A program made the translations under genes and the position numbers. A stretch of 63,994 bases of DNA, filler included, from Octopus bimaculoides (lineage: Eukaryota): NCBI RefSeq assembly GCF_001194135.2. It is 5 parts of 5 records of this genome, joined end to end, with 100 filler letters (N's around TTAATTAATTAA, not from the genome) between each part and the next. Parts side by side here need not be neighbours in the genome. Positions count along the whole stretch, not along the records: positions 1 to 13,212 come from NC_068982.1; 4 more parts are not named here. One strand, written 5' to 3'. Shown in pieces: positions 1-12,949 of the stretch. The notes under the pieces are model-generated. The model was not told where the DNA came from and searched no databases. It saw only the letters and a program-made list of their open reading frames with translations. Every line of letters starts with the position of its first letter. Position 1 is the first letter of the stretch.

Positions 1-184
1 TCTATGGGTATCAAAACGTATATATCATTGTGTACACGTTCAAGTGTATGCGTAATTATTCAATATATGTACTTACTATTTTGTTCCATTTCTTTTTTTT
101 TATATAGTTTGTAAACTTTCCGGTGTTGGTTTTGCGTGTGTGATCGCACGTGTTTCATTGAGACATCGTGCATAGGAGGTCCTA

Positions 185-252
<68 letters not shown>
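185..252. repeat. (ATT)n microsatellite (second tract at ~383-434)
   Basis: Pure ATT repeat; source of the poly-Tyr ORF 136..330. Confidence 0.95.
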
Positions 253-258
253 CATAAT

Positions 259-382
259 GACGGTGAACTGGTAGAATCGTTAGCACGCTGGACGAAATGC
301 TTAGCGGTATTTCGCCCGTCGATAAATTAAGTACCAGTTACGTACTGGAATCGGTCTAATCTACTGGCTCCCTCCCTCAAAA
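259..382 (+). mobile_element. tRNA-derived SINE (octopus-type family A), internally deleted
   Basis: GACGGTGAACTGGTAGAATCGTTAGCACGC...GATAAATTAAGTACCAG matches copies at 38255 (+) and 19470 (-), lacking the central block. Confidence 0.75.
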
Positions 383-434
<52 letters not shown>

Positions 435-968
435 GTAACTGAGACTAGGTAAACATTATTATTGCCTGAGTTGAAATTGAAATGCAGTCAATCCTGTTCT
501 TCAGCGCTTCCAGGATCAATAATATAATAACCAGTAAAATACTGGGGTCGTTCTTAACACTTGTATAACTCCTTCCCAAATTTGTGACTCTGTACTGTAA
601 TAATACTATAAATCATTAATATATTTTCGTTCGTGCAAAATGCTTTCCTTGTAATGGAAGCAGATGTGTTAATATACCAACATTTGCTTGCGTTTTACTG
701 ATATACTTTTCTTTGGAAATATCAATTTCGTTTACTCTTCAAAGAATAACATTCCAACGCAGATAATAAGAATATCGAGTTTTCTTCCGAAAATGTGATG
801 CCAAATCTACTTTGTTCTTCATTAAGTTTTACTTTATCTTATTTACTTATTTGTGTAATTTATATATATTAGGGAATGTGTATGTTTGTATGTACGGTAT
901 TTGTGTACGTTTGTGTGTATATATGTTAATACCACAGTTATATTTAAATGTATGGATGTATACACACA

Positions 969-1002
<34 letters not shown>

Positions 1003-1249
1003 TATATATACATATATATAAGCTTACTCCTATACATATGAGTATTTATGTACATCTGTACGTGTGTATATAAGTATGTAAATACGACAACATATCTACG
1101 TATATGTGTATATTTTCTTGTTTTTATTTTTATGATTTCTCCCCTAACGAGAAAATGTCGGTTTCTAACCTAGAAACATGGCTCTTTCATTGGTATTTAC
1201 ACAACCATCTAGACATGTACGTATGCATGCATGCATTTATGTATGTATG

Positions 1250-1283
<34 letters not shown>

Positions 1284-2479
1284 TGTGTGCGTGTATGTAT
1301 GTGTGTGTGTGTGTTTGTATGATATTTGTGTTTGTATGTTTGTATGTATATATATCTATGCGTGTGTATGAATAAATGAATGAATTGTTATAAGTGTTTA
1401 TCTATATATGAATGTGTGTATGCATGAATACAAGCTTGTATGTACGTCTTCTGGTTTCATTTTACAATTTTCACTACAGTGAAGAAATTCATTGGAAGAC
1501 AGACAACATCAACTGAGCAGTCATGTATACAGTATGTGCGCATCTCGGTACATATGTGAATTTTCATATTATCACTTAATCATGTCTACATGTGCATATG
1601 TTTGGCATATCTATACATGCGTATTAGCATTTATTCCCAGGGTTAACATATTTTCACAGCTCCATTAATAGTTTGTAAGCGTAATTTGCCAATTAGCTAC
1701 GTGTTTTTGGTTTTGTGGAGTATAGTTTCCGAAGTTTGGTTACATATAAGTGAGTTACATATAAGTGAGCTCAAATAATTACAGATACAGGTCTAAAGCT
1801 ATAGACTGGACAGAATGAATATCTGCAGATATCTCATTAATTTGCATAAATGTTTTCTTTTTTACTCTTCTTCACCTTCATATCTGCTCGGAACCTCTTT
1901 TTACTATAATGTTCTCTTTTTCTTTTTCTCTACCACAGAACATCATGTATAGTGTTTTGTTTATATTTCACTGAAATTTCACAGACATTCGCCGTTTTTC
2001 TTTCATATTATGCATATACACATCCTCTATATCATTATAATTTTTTCTGCTTTGTTCCTGAAGGCTATCTGTATGACGTTTTGGTCTCAGAATCATGCCT
2101 CAAACGCAGATAACGTAATGATGATATTTTTCGTGTGTATGAATGGATGCATGCGCACACAAGCCTGTTTATGTATTTAAATACACACACACACACATAC
2201 ACACACACACTCAAACACGCACAAACACATACGTATATATATTTCTGCCTCTCTTCAGTTCTAGACACTTCGTTTGCTAGACATGGCAGTAGCTCACCAC
2301 TGATCACAATATATATAAATTCAATCGCTGTAAAATCCGTTCGTACAGAACAGCCATGTTGAAGTGATTACGAACATTACCTACTAGTACAATTACTGCG
2401 ATCATCTCTTAGATTTTAGAACTAACTTTTTAGCTTGTTGTAAAAGCAGCGACTGAGTGTCGCTTGAATTTATATATAT

Positions 2480-2710
2480 GTATATATTGCGAGCAGAGGC
2501 GGGTTACTGCCATCTCTAGAAAAAATAGCCAGAAACCAGACTAGGTATGTTGGTCCCGTTGCTAGTAGGTGGTAGGGGTTCACTCCCCTGCTCGTATTAT
2601 ATCCGTAGCAGCTGTGCATCGTAAACAAGGTAGAGGAGATGCCCTCTTGGGGTTAAAAAATTGTGATAAATCCGTTCCAACGGAAGAGCTGAAGTGATTG
2701 CCAACATGAC
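2480..2710. repeat. Unclassified interspersed repeat (family X)
   Basis: Shares TATTGCGAGC, GGTAGGGGTTCACTC.CCTGCTCG and AAGTG.. motifs with 6410-6630 and 12950-13110. Confidence 0.55.
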
Positions 2711-2716
2711 TTATAC

Positions 2717-2799
<83 letters not shown>

Positions 2800-3019
2800 A
2801 TTAATAATTATATAGATAATTATAACAAGGGATTGACAAAAAACGCCTCTCTACGCACTGAAAATAGACGTCAAATGGCGTTAAAACTACCTTAAAAACT
2901 CTGAGTTTTTAGGTGGATTTAAAATTTAGAAAATTTACGTATAAGGTCTTCATTTTCATGCTGACCTCCTGATAAAATCATGAATGATTTTATCCTTTAT
3001 TATATAATTAAAAGTCCTT

Positions 3020-4056
3020 AGTTGATAAATCTGGCGAATAGAGCTGATGCAGAAGCGATATCGTGTTGTTTTTTGCGCGAAACTCCCGAGAGAGGAGAGC
3101 TCGGTGACAGGGTGCATTGTCGGCGTGAAGAATCTAATTCTTCACACCCCACAGATCCGGTCGCTTTCACCAAATGCACTCTCTGAAACACTTCAAAACG
3201 TCGAAGTAAACTCTTGATTGACGGTCTGGCGCTATGGGAACGACTTCTCGATGTACTATACTGCACATGTCGGGAAAAAAGATGAGCATGCTCTTGAATG
3301 AGCTGCGGCTCTGTTTTGCCTTCTTCAGTCGTGGAGATGAAGGGCTCTTCAATGGTGATGATCGCTGCCTCGTTTCAGGGTCGTATCCGTAGACCCAACT
3401 ATCGTCAACGGTGATAATCCGCATCATGAGGGAGGGGGTCTTCAGCAGAATGCAGACGGAGATCTTCACACATTTTGACGCGATGCTCTTTCTGCTCAGT
3501 GGTCAGCAGGCCTGGGTCAAACGTAGAAGAGATCTGCTGCCACATGCCCTCTTCAGACGTAAGGATTGCCTGCACAGACCTGTCACATCAGCAATGCCGT
3601 TGGTTGTCCTCCGACGATCCTCATGTACAAGCTGATGAATTTTCCTCCCATTTCTGGGGGTGACGCTTGTGGCAAGTCTTCCAGATCGCTCATCGTCTTC
3701 TAGGGACGTTTTTTCCTCTTTTGAAGCACCCGTGCCACTTGAAACATTGCGTACGACGCATTGCTTCGTCGCCTTAAACTTGCCGAAGCATGCTAAATGT
3801 CTCTCTAGCAGACTCTCCAAGTTTAACCCAAAATTTCACGTTGGCACTTATTCCTGTCCCGGACAAAATCGCAGACTACAGCATATACGTGATCACAAAA
3901 ACACAAATTTCACAACATGCGAAGTAAACACAACAATGTCACTTGGCACACTGCCTCATGAAGATCACTGCTAGCTCTCACTTGTGCACGCAATCGTATA
4001 CTACCGACTGTTGGCGCGCTACAGAACTAGTCCGGGAGATTTTCGATACAATCTTG
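3020..4056 (-). mobile_element. Mariner (DD34D-type) transposon relic, 3'-truncated, frameshifted
   Basis: ORFs 3503..3820 (SLEDDERSGRLATS, HTH region) and 3167..3469 (IITVDDSWVYGYDPET); 5' terminus at 4056 next to TA and matching the left end of the 35064 element; breaks near the SPDL motif. Confidence 0.9.
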
Positions 4057-4442
4057 TATATAGATGTATGTCTGAGTTGTGTATGTATGCCTGTATTTAT
4101 ACACAAATAGCATAGATTAAAAGCCCAAATTTATTTAAAGAGAGCCGATGTGAAAGAAAAACAGCATAAAAATTATAAAATAACAATAAATATTGGTTTA
4201 ATATCATTCCTTAACCGAAGTGAATTAGAAAATATACAGTTCATCGGTAATGGAGAATATAATGTGGATGAAGAAATTGAAACAATAACCAAAATTAAAT
4301 AATCTTGAGATATTGAAAATATAATTAAATTTTACAATATTCTGAAAGAAGAGACAAAATATTTTTTAGAGATATATGAATGCAATGGAAATGAAAATTG
4401 CGGTAGGACAGAGATATTGAAATGCAAACAAAGTAAAAGGAG

Positions 4443-4482
<40 letters not shown>

Positions 4483-4627
4483 NNNNNNNNNNNNNNNNNN
4501 NNNNNNNNNNNNNNNNNNNNNNNNNNNNNNNNNNNNNNNNNNNNNNNNNNNNNNNNNNNNNNNNNNNNNNNNNNNNNNNNNNNNNNNNNNNNNNNNNNNN
4601 NNNNNNNNNNNNNNNNNNNNNNNNNNN

Positions 4628-4682
<55 letters not shown>

Positions 4683-4805
4683 TGTATAGGGATAGGGAAA
4701 GAGAGAAAGAGGGAGAGGGAGATGAAGAAATATAGAATAAGAAAGTCAAGGAGATTGCAAATCTCGAAGAATATAGGTGAAAGGTAAATGATGGTCAGAG
4801 AGAAG

Positions 4806-4837
<32 letters not shown>

Positions 4838-5104
4838 ATAAATATATGTATGTACATATATGTATATACACACACACACATATTTCAGTATTTGACAAGA
4901 AGAGAGAGAGAGAGAGAGATTCCTCGACAAATACTAGGTAGGAATAACTCATGCCTTGATGCGTGTTATGAAAGTTGAAAATCTATCGTTTGTTCTATAT
5001 TCCAAGCTGCAGAAAATTCTATGGTTAACCTAGAATCACAGCTACACTAATAATCAAACACACACACGCGCACCTCCCCCCACAATTATATAATTATTAG
5101 ACAT

Positions 5105-5342
5105 TGTTAACCAAATTCGCTTAACACCTAGTGCGTATAGACATATGCTTGGATGTATTAATCCCTCCCTTATACATATATATTGTTATGTCTCAAGCTA
5201 CTGCTATGTAGCACCTTCAGATGATCTCTACTCAACCGCTACACAACTGCTACTCGACTGCTACTCAACACTCTACCACGACCAGACTACCTCTATTTAT
5301 ATGTCTTGGGAGATCCTACTTCTTCGCCTGGGGGCGTCGACA
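5105..5342 (-). mobile_element. Possible solo LTR
   Basis: TGT...ACA termini, TATAAATAG box on the minus strand followed by an AGT-rich R-like region; no clean TSD. Confidence 0.35.
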
Positions 5343-5369
5343 CAACACATATGCACACACAGACACACA

Positions 5370-5405
<36 letters not shown>

Positions 5406-5651
5406 NNNNNNNNNNNNNNNNNNNNNNNNNNNNNNNNNNNNNNNNNNNNNNNNNNNNNNNNNNNNNNNNNNNNNNNNNNNNNNNNNNNNNNNNNNNNNNN
5501 NNNNNNNNNNNNNNNNNNNNNNNNNNNNNNNNNNNNNNNNNNNNNNNNNNNNNNNNNNNNNNNNNNNNNNNNNNNNNNNNNNNNNNNNNNNNNNNNNNNN
5601 NNNNNNNNNNNNNNNNNNNNNNNNNNNNNNNNNNNNNTATATATATACTTA

Positions 5652-6400
5652 CTAGCAGAGGCTCCCTGTGTTGCCCGGGAATTAAATTGTTCCTTTTATG
5701 TTGGAAGAAAAATAAAAATGTGTTGTATAGAAATTTGTTATTCTAAATTCAATTCATTCTTTAATTGGGATTCAATTTATTCTTCAATCGGGAAATTGAA
5801 TTCATAACACACGCAAAAAAAACAAAAGAAAAAAGCAAAATATAAAATTGACCACTTTTATATTGAGGGAAATTATATAAGAGTTTCTGGGTAAATAACA
5901 TTCTTTGTTGTCTGGTTTGGAGCATAGACAAATAAATCTTGCAAACTACCAACCCTGGAGCAACCAACATAAAGTTGACCATGAGAAAAGCAAGGCTCAA
6001 TTGAGTGAAAACCAGCAGATTTCAAAATCTGACCTTGAGCTTTATTAATAGACATTGCTAAGCAAAGTCGCACTGGGAATTGTGTTCGTTTGAACTCAAA
6101 TGGCTGGAATTCTTGGAATGAAAACCTCTTTTCACCGAGGCACATCCAGTAATGATAGTAGTTTCTATCAAATCAGGTGATAATGTCTTCACAATCAACC
6201 TTGCCCCATTGCATTATATAAGAAGGTCTAAATTTCTTAGAAGCATTATTAGGATTCTAAACTTCAGAAAAAGTTCGTGTGGAGGAGTTCCAGATAACTG
6301 AAGAGAATTAAGGAACTCTGTTGAGTAATGGACAGTTTAATTTTCATCAAGGACTGAATCAAGTGATTTGTACTCCTTAATGACTGATGGAATCTTATCG
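5652..6400 (-). mobile_element. Helitron 3' fragment (PIF1-type helicase C-terminus plus terminus)
   Basis: ORF 5873..6145 FEFKRTQFPVRLCLAMSINKAQGQ...CFSHGQLYVGCSRV; upstream frame TEFLNSLQLSGTPPH...MLLRNLD; minus-strand 3' end has a GC hairpin then CTAG|T at 5652. Confidence 0.92.
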
Positions 6401-6409
6401 TTCTCTATT

Positions 6410-6630
6410 GCGAGCCAGAGTGAATTACTACTCTCTGTCTAGCATCCACCATTGAGAATAACCACAAAGAAGTCGAAGCCGCAAGAACTGATGATATCGT
6501 GGCTTGGTAGGGGTTCACTCTCCTGCTCGCAAATAGCATTGAATAACCAGCTAGAAGAGGCGTCTTCCTGGTGTTAAAAATAGCAGTAACGTCGGTTCCT
6601 ACGGAACAGCCATGCTTAAGTGGCAATAAG
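6410..6630. repeat. Unclassified interspersed repeat (family X)
   Basis: Aligns by eye with 2480-2710 and 12950-13110. Confidence 0.55.
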
Positions 6631-7114
6631 CATTACTTCTTTTAGATATATCCTTATACAAGAATGTTGTTGACAGTAACTGCGGAATTTCGGCCAGCCA
6701 AGCTATCGTCGCTCTGTGATGTACTAGAGTTAGTTTTGTTTCAACAGAATCTATCTAAAAGCAAGGCTAACTCTAGGGCATCGCAGTCCAATAATGCCTT
6801 ACAACATTCTTGTATAAGAATAATAAAATTGTGCTCTACAAATGTATAGAGTAACCCATAAAAACAAGCATTAATATATATATATATATATATAGGTGAG
6901 AGAGTTGGTATGTGAAAGCACGTGGTTGGATATATAAAAGAGAAAAAAGAGTGAAAAAACTACAGAAGGCTTGTGTTATATGGTTAAGTATATATTTAAA
7001 TCGTTATGTTAGAAAAATGTTATAAAATTTTGAGTATGGTAACATTGTTTTGGGAGAAATAACCGGTTTCGTATTTTCTATTCAAATTTCTCATATCGTT
7101 TACCTATTTCTTTA

Positions 7115-7147
<33 letters not shown>

Positions 7148-9488
7148 TAACCGTGTAGATGCAATGTTACTTACCTAGAGAGTGAACAAGTGGAAGTAGG
7201 AAGGTAAAATGTGGAAAGGAACTGGGAGACAATGAGAATGAGGATGGGGAGAAAGAGAGTGAAGGGAAGAGAGGGAGGGAGAGAGAGTGATAGAGAGAGA
7301 GTGATAGAGAGAGAAGACAGTTTAAAGAGATAAATATAGAGAATGATAAATGAGGTAAATATGAATGAGGGTTAAAGAAAGAGAAAGTCTAAATGAAATG
7401 ATAAAGAGAGTCAAATGCAATGTGAACAGGCGATAACAGGGATGAGAGTGATAACATTTTGTAATTTTGAGTTAGAGAAATGACTTCTTTGTTAGTCCAT
7501 ATCAGACCTGATCATATAGACCTATGATCAAAAACATTTTAGCCACGACCGTCTGTCTTATTCGTTTTATGTAGATTATCCAATGTACTTCAACCAATGT
7601 GTTCTCTTTAAGAGACTATAGAGATGTGATTTCAGTGAGCTGTAGCCGCTTATTTCTAGCAGGCCGAGCGACTATGTGGAGCAGGGCAAGCTACTATTCC
7701 ACATTCTGTGAACCAAATTGTCACGGATGAATTTAGTTACATCATTCAGTTCTTATGTAAAATATGTCCCTATACAAGGCATATCTAGCATTTTTACATG
7801 ATATAAGAATTTAATAAACAAGTGAAACAGTTTCATTTCGCCAAGCCTTTGATGTGTCGAAATAAAATCAGTTACAAAGAGCATCAAAGAATCCTTCATA
7901 TTTGAAATCAGTCGATCAAGATCTTGTTTTCTTTTTCTTTTTCCTTTTCCTGGATGAAAAGTATGTTTCACATTTGTATATCATTCCGCAATGATCTATA
8001 AATGTAGAAAATCATTTTCATAGATGTAACACCGAGAAAAAATTTCTAAGCCCTGAGAAATATTTTCAGAAAATAATTATATCAACGATATATTCGCAAT
8101 TGAGGAAAGCTCAATAAATTTCTTTTTCAATAATGAATTTGTTTTGAAGTCAATTAGTTAAAGTTGTGTATCATTCTCAAGTTTTCGTGATTATTTTGTT
8201 TATTAATGAAAATGGACTAAAATAGTCAACTTTGCAATCTTCTTTGCAAAAATTACAAAAAAGAGAAAAGCCGAGCCGCAAAACATATTTTGGAAAATTG
8301 TCACTATTCTCATTACATTCACATTAATCTTTTCAGTGATGAAACTGATTAAATTCGTAATTTTCTAGCCTAGAAATGAACTGGTTTTTAATTTCATCTT
8401 GAATACATTGATATAATTTACTAAGCTAGAAAACAATTTGTTTTTGCACTACAGTTTAAAATTTCGTTAACTGGAATAGTTATAAATAATAACTAAAAAG
8501 TTTAATGAAACAGTCTATTATTATTATCACATAAATGTGTTTTTTGAGGACATTTGGTATTTCTTTTCTAGAATATTGCGAGCAGATTTTTTTATGCTCC
8601 GAAGCTCTTCCCCAGAATATCAGCGTACAAGATCATTATATTCTAAAACTCTGAATCCTGACTATTCGCTGAATACTTGTACGTTTAACGATCTTACTGA
8701 TTAATGATTACATTTACACATATCGAAACCATTAGTAAAACAAGGTGCATGTTAAATTTTTCTTCACACAACGATACTTATAATGCACTGATATTCTAGA
8801 AAAAAAAACATCTACATAATTTCACGCAAATAATTTTGTTAAATGTTTTTATTTATTTATTGATGATATAATTATTTTTATATAAGTTAATTTATATGAA
8901 TTAATTTTTGTTAGTTTATATTGTAATAAACGTAGAGTTTGTGGTATAACGTTTGTATTTTTAGTTTAACCTCAAACTTCGTTTAAATTGTATTTTAAAC
9001 GAAAGATTCGTTAAGATAAGCTTTGTATTTAATATTTCTATTAGTTTATATTTTAATAAACGTAAAGTTAATAATGTCAAGTTTATAATTTTCAATTAGA
9101 TAGATTTTGCATTTATTTTTAGTAATTTTCTTTAACATTTTTCTATCTTGATATAATAAGTGTTTTTGTATAAATTCGTTTATTTATTGTTGGTTGATAT
9201 ATAATTATACATTCATTTTATTATTATTATTATTATTATAGTTGTATTTTGACCTGAAGATTAGCTATATTTTTGAATAGAATTGATTTTCAATCGATTT
9301 AATCGATTTGATTATATTTTATTTTCTATTTGAAAATTTGGTTATGAAACACGTGTAGTCGTTTTATTATTTTATGAGTATTACTTTGTATTTTACTATA
9401 GTTTTTTTTAGTGTATTTACTTATTAATTTTTCTATATGTGACTGTGGATTTTCTTGGATGCGTTCATGAACATTGGTTCTTTTCCCT

Positions 9489-9529
<41 letters not shown>

Positions 9530-9530
9530 T

Positions 9531-10130
9531 ACCGACGGTATCATTGCGCACCGGTCCCCCTCACTTAAACTAGCTCAACTGGTTATCAGGTTTTGTCAAT
9601 ATTCTTCGAGCCATTACTCATCGTCTCATTTTAACCAAATCCAGTGGCTTACTTTTTCCACTGAAGTTTGTGCATCACTCATGGTGGTATTTGCTTTACG
9701 ATGAGTTAGACCTAACGATAACAACAGTCGCCTCACAATGTGTCCAAAACATTCTCTACATCCGACTTCGAATGGAAAATGCTTCACTTTCCAGCCGGAA
9801 TCTTCACATTCATCGAGGAGGTTTTCATATATAACTATCTTGTTTTTCCATGATATGGCTAAAGACCGACAGATTCTGCAGAACGCTAAAATTGTCAACC
9901 GTCCTTCTATAATGGAGCTTCTTTAGGCTAAATTTCGTATATCCATAGATTTGTCCAAAACTAAAGGAAAATAATAGCTGCTCAGATATTTTACAGGAAC
10001 ATTAGGCTGCTCTTGTAAATACTATTTACTTTGACAGACCAATCTTAGCAATTTCGTGGGCAAGTCCTCTTGCCACCATTTGGAAACAAATCCTAAAAGT
10101 TTCTCCACCTTTGACCAAAACGGATGCTTC
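9531..10130 (-). mobile_element. HERO-type non-LTR retrotransposon 3' fragment (REL endonuclease C-terminus)
   Basis: ORF 9626..9898 YENLLDECEDSGWKVKHFPFEVGCR...LLSLGL...EKVSHWIWLK resembles the HERO C-terminus (EVGCRG, AERASRWLWIK); 3' end abuts (TA)n. Confidence 0.75.
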
Positions 10131-10869
10131 TTTCATAGCGACACTTTTTTTAACAAATGTATTTTATCTTTTAACTTCTCTATGTTATTTTAGTCATGAA
10201 TTCATTTCTTAACTCAGACCCAAACGCTAACTTAAAGTTTTCTGATTTAGTTGTGTTTTGTAGTGTCTATTAAGATAACACTATTATTATGCGTAAAACT
10301 ATTTTCAAAAATGATTTACTGTTTTCATAAGAGATACACTAGTAAAAGAGGTTATTTTCGTCGCTGTTCATTGAAGTCACACTTCTGATTCTATTCTTTC
10401 TCATATTTTGTCTTGTGGTTCGTAAAGTTAAAATGATCTTAATTTTCGAAAAACGACCAGCTCTGCAAATATTCATAAAAGATGAAAAAGTCACAACTGT
10501 GCAGCAAATAAGTGTCAACTGTAAACTGACAAGCGAAAAAAAATGTGACGAACCGGCTTTGGCTGTGCTTCAGTATCGCTCATTCTATTCAACAATTATG
10601 GAGTGCGCATTGCGGACATCTAGAGTTTGGACGCATGCGCCGTAAGTTGGCTTGCGATGACTAGCGTGCGCATATATGTGAGTATATGTGTGTGTGTGTG
10701 TGTGCGTGCGCGCGCGCGCGCGTGTTTGTGTATGTGTATGTGTGCGTGCGTGCCTGTATGAGTATGTGCGTCTATATATGCTTGTATGATGACTTTTGTG
10801 TGCGTATAAGTATTAAATATCTGTTTATACACTGCCATCTATACATTGTGCATGTGTGTGTGTGTTTGC

Positions 10870-10911
<42 letters not shown>

Positions 10912-12008
10912 TTGTATGTGCCTATGAGACTGTGTAAATAAGATAAAGTGATGAAAAGTAGTAGATAAACTGAGGTAGACTGGTGAGAGAGGAAGCAAAA
11001 GAAGGTAAATATAGGCTCTGATGAACTAAGAGAGAAAAAAAATACATAAAATGAGTCAAAGAATGTGAATAACAAAAGACAATACAAAAATATTAGTTAC
11101 AGAAACACACGCAAATATACGAAAACAAAATATGAAGTTGGAAAATAAGCGAAGAAAGAAAAGAAAGGCAAATTCGAAGGAGATTACTCTAGAAGGAAGA
11201 AACAACATAAACAACGAAAACAGAGAATGAAAAATTAAAAAAATAAAACAAACTTGAATATATCGAATGAAAGAATAGAATAAAATAAAAGAATACCATA
11301 ACAGTTGGTGGTGGGGAGTGCACAGTAAACTTAACATAAACAAAGAAACAAACTAAACACCTTTAAAAATAATAATAGTGAATTTAAATAAGCGTAAACT
11401 AACACATCCGGAAAACAGACGGAAAGAAGAAATGGAAGAGAAAAAGAAAAGAAAGAAGAAAGATAGAACGAAAGGAAGAGAAAAAGGATGGAAAACTAGA
11501 AGTGAGATAAGAAAATTTTCCAATGTATACTTATACGTTTATAAAAGAAAGTTTTACAGAGCTTTAAACGTTAACATTAACCCTAATCGTTTCGTCGGAT
11601 AGTATTTATCTCCCCTAGTTGTTTGTCAGTGAGATGCTTGGATAACGTACATAAATCTGATTTAATAACGGTCAAAGGCGTCTCAGTCCTGAGCATAATT
11701 TTTCTTTGTGTACTATATACTCCTATTTTATTTTGAATATATTCCATTTATCCCTTCAGCGTATAGTCTGACCCTTTGCCGACTGGACTAGTTACGCCAT
11801 CTGGATATATAATGTTAGCTTTAGCACAGTGTGAAACTCTATGACTGACCCACATGATCGCGACACTCACGGATGTCGTTCAAAACTGTTTCGCACGTCG
11901 TTATTTCGTTAACTTGACGGTGGCTAAGCCTTATGAACATCAGCGAACGTACTGTATGCTATTAAAAGCATTTTCGTTTATATCAGGGTGTGAACGTGGG
12001 ATTTGCTG

Positions 12009-12056
12009 TTCATAGCTGACGAACCGAAGGATGTAGAAACGCATGCGTCCTACGAG
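12009..12056 (+). ncRNA. Candidate type I hammerhead ribozyme (Penelope/retrozyme-like), probably degenerate
   Basis: TTCATAG-CTGACGA-accgaaggatgta-GAAA-C-GCATGC-GTC-CTACGAG: both core boxes, palindromic stem III (ACGCATGCGT), stem I pairs at 6 of 7 positions including one G-U. Confidence 0.6.
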
Positions 12057-12202
12057 ACAGCGAGTCATTCATAGCTCAAAATGTGTTTTCAGACATGTTG
12101 TCTAGGAGGAGAAATTTCTCACTTTATTATGGCGACTATGTCCGCAGCGAAATGTCTTCTCACATTCCAATGCACTCGGAAAGTGTTAAATATGATTTTA
12201 CG

Positions 12203-12251
<49 letters not shown>

Positions 12252-12797
12252 CATACTATAAATAATATATAAATATAATATAGATAATATATATATGCAT
12301 ATATACATACGTATACGTACATACTTACATGTATACGTATAAAAATGCATATGTGGGCACAGGACGTCATAAAACGTAAACAACAAAAAATATTAAGTAC
12401 GAGGACATGGAATATGAATTTATTTTGCGAACAACGAAAGAAACAAATAGAAAACAAGACAAATAACGCAAAGAACGACCCTTCATCAGTTGTTGGATGT
12501 TTTTCTTATCCGTATTTAGAGCAATTCACGACAAGATACACCTTCGATAAAACAGTTGCTTCCGCAAAGCAAATTAAATAAAATTTGGGATTTTGCGGAG
12601 GGTCAAAATTGGTGACAAAAACAGGACAGTGAAAACAAACAGGAAGGGCTGCTAAGCCTAGACGAGGTTGTGGTAGTGAATGCGAAGAAATAAGATTGGA
12701 CAGGAGACAGACAAGAATACGTCATCCTTGGTCAACTGCAACAAGAAGAAAGAAAGAAACACAAGTTAGGAGAAAAAAAAAAGAAATATAGCCGATC

Positions 12798-12816
12798 GTC
12801 ACGTGGGAGCCACGTG
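12798..12816. promoter_or_regulatory. Tandem E-boxes (CACGTG x2, 5-bp spacer)
   Basis: GTCACGTGGGAGCCACGTG in CpG-containing unique DNA; function unproven. Confidence 0.3.
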
Positions 12817-12949
12817 AGCAAAGGAGGAAGAGTGACGGAGAGAGAGTGACAGACAGAGAACTGTGAAGGGGAGAGAAAAAGATTTGTATATAAGAGAGAA
12901 AAAGAGCTGTCGAACGCCGACGAAGGGAAATAACCCTGAAATCCGGATA

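Noticed and set aside
8571-8655. Acceptor-like site with frame YCEQIFLCSEALPQNIS
   Set aside because: Weak donor, no recognisable homology, expected by chance.
8850-9230. Degenerate ~130-bp direct repeat (TTAGTTTATATT.TAATAAACGTA) in very AT-rich DNA
   Set aside because: Only two weak units of low complexity; not a CRISPR-like or satellite array.
12480-12492. CTGATGA on the minus strand (hammerhead box)
   Set aside because: No appropriately placed GAAA box or stems.
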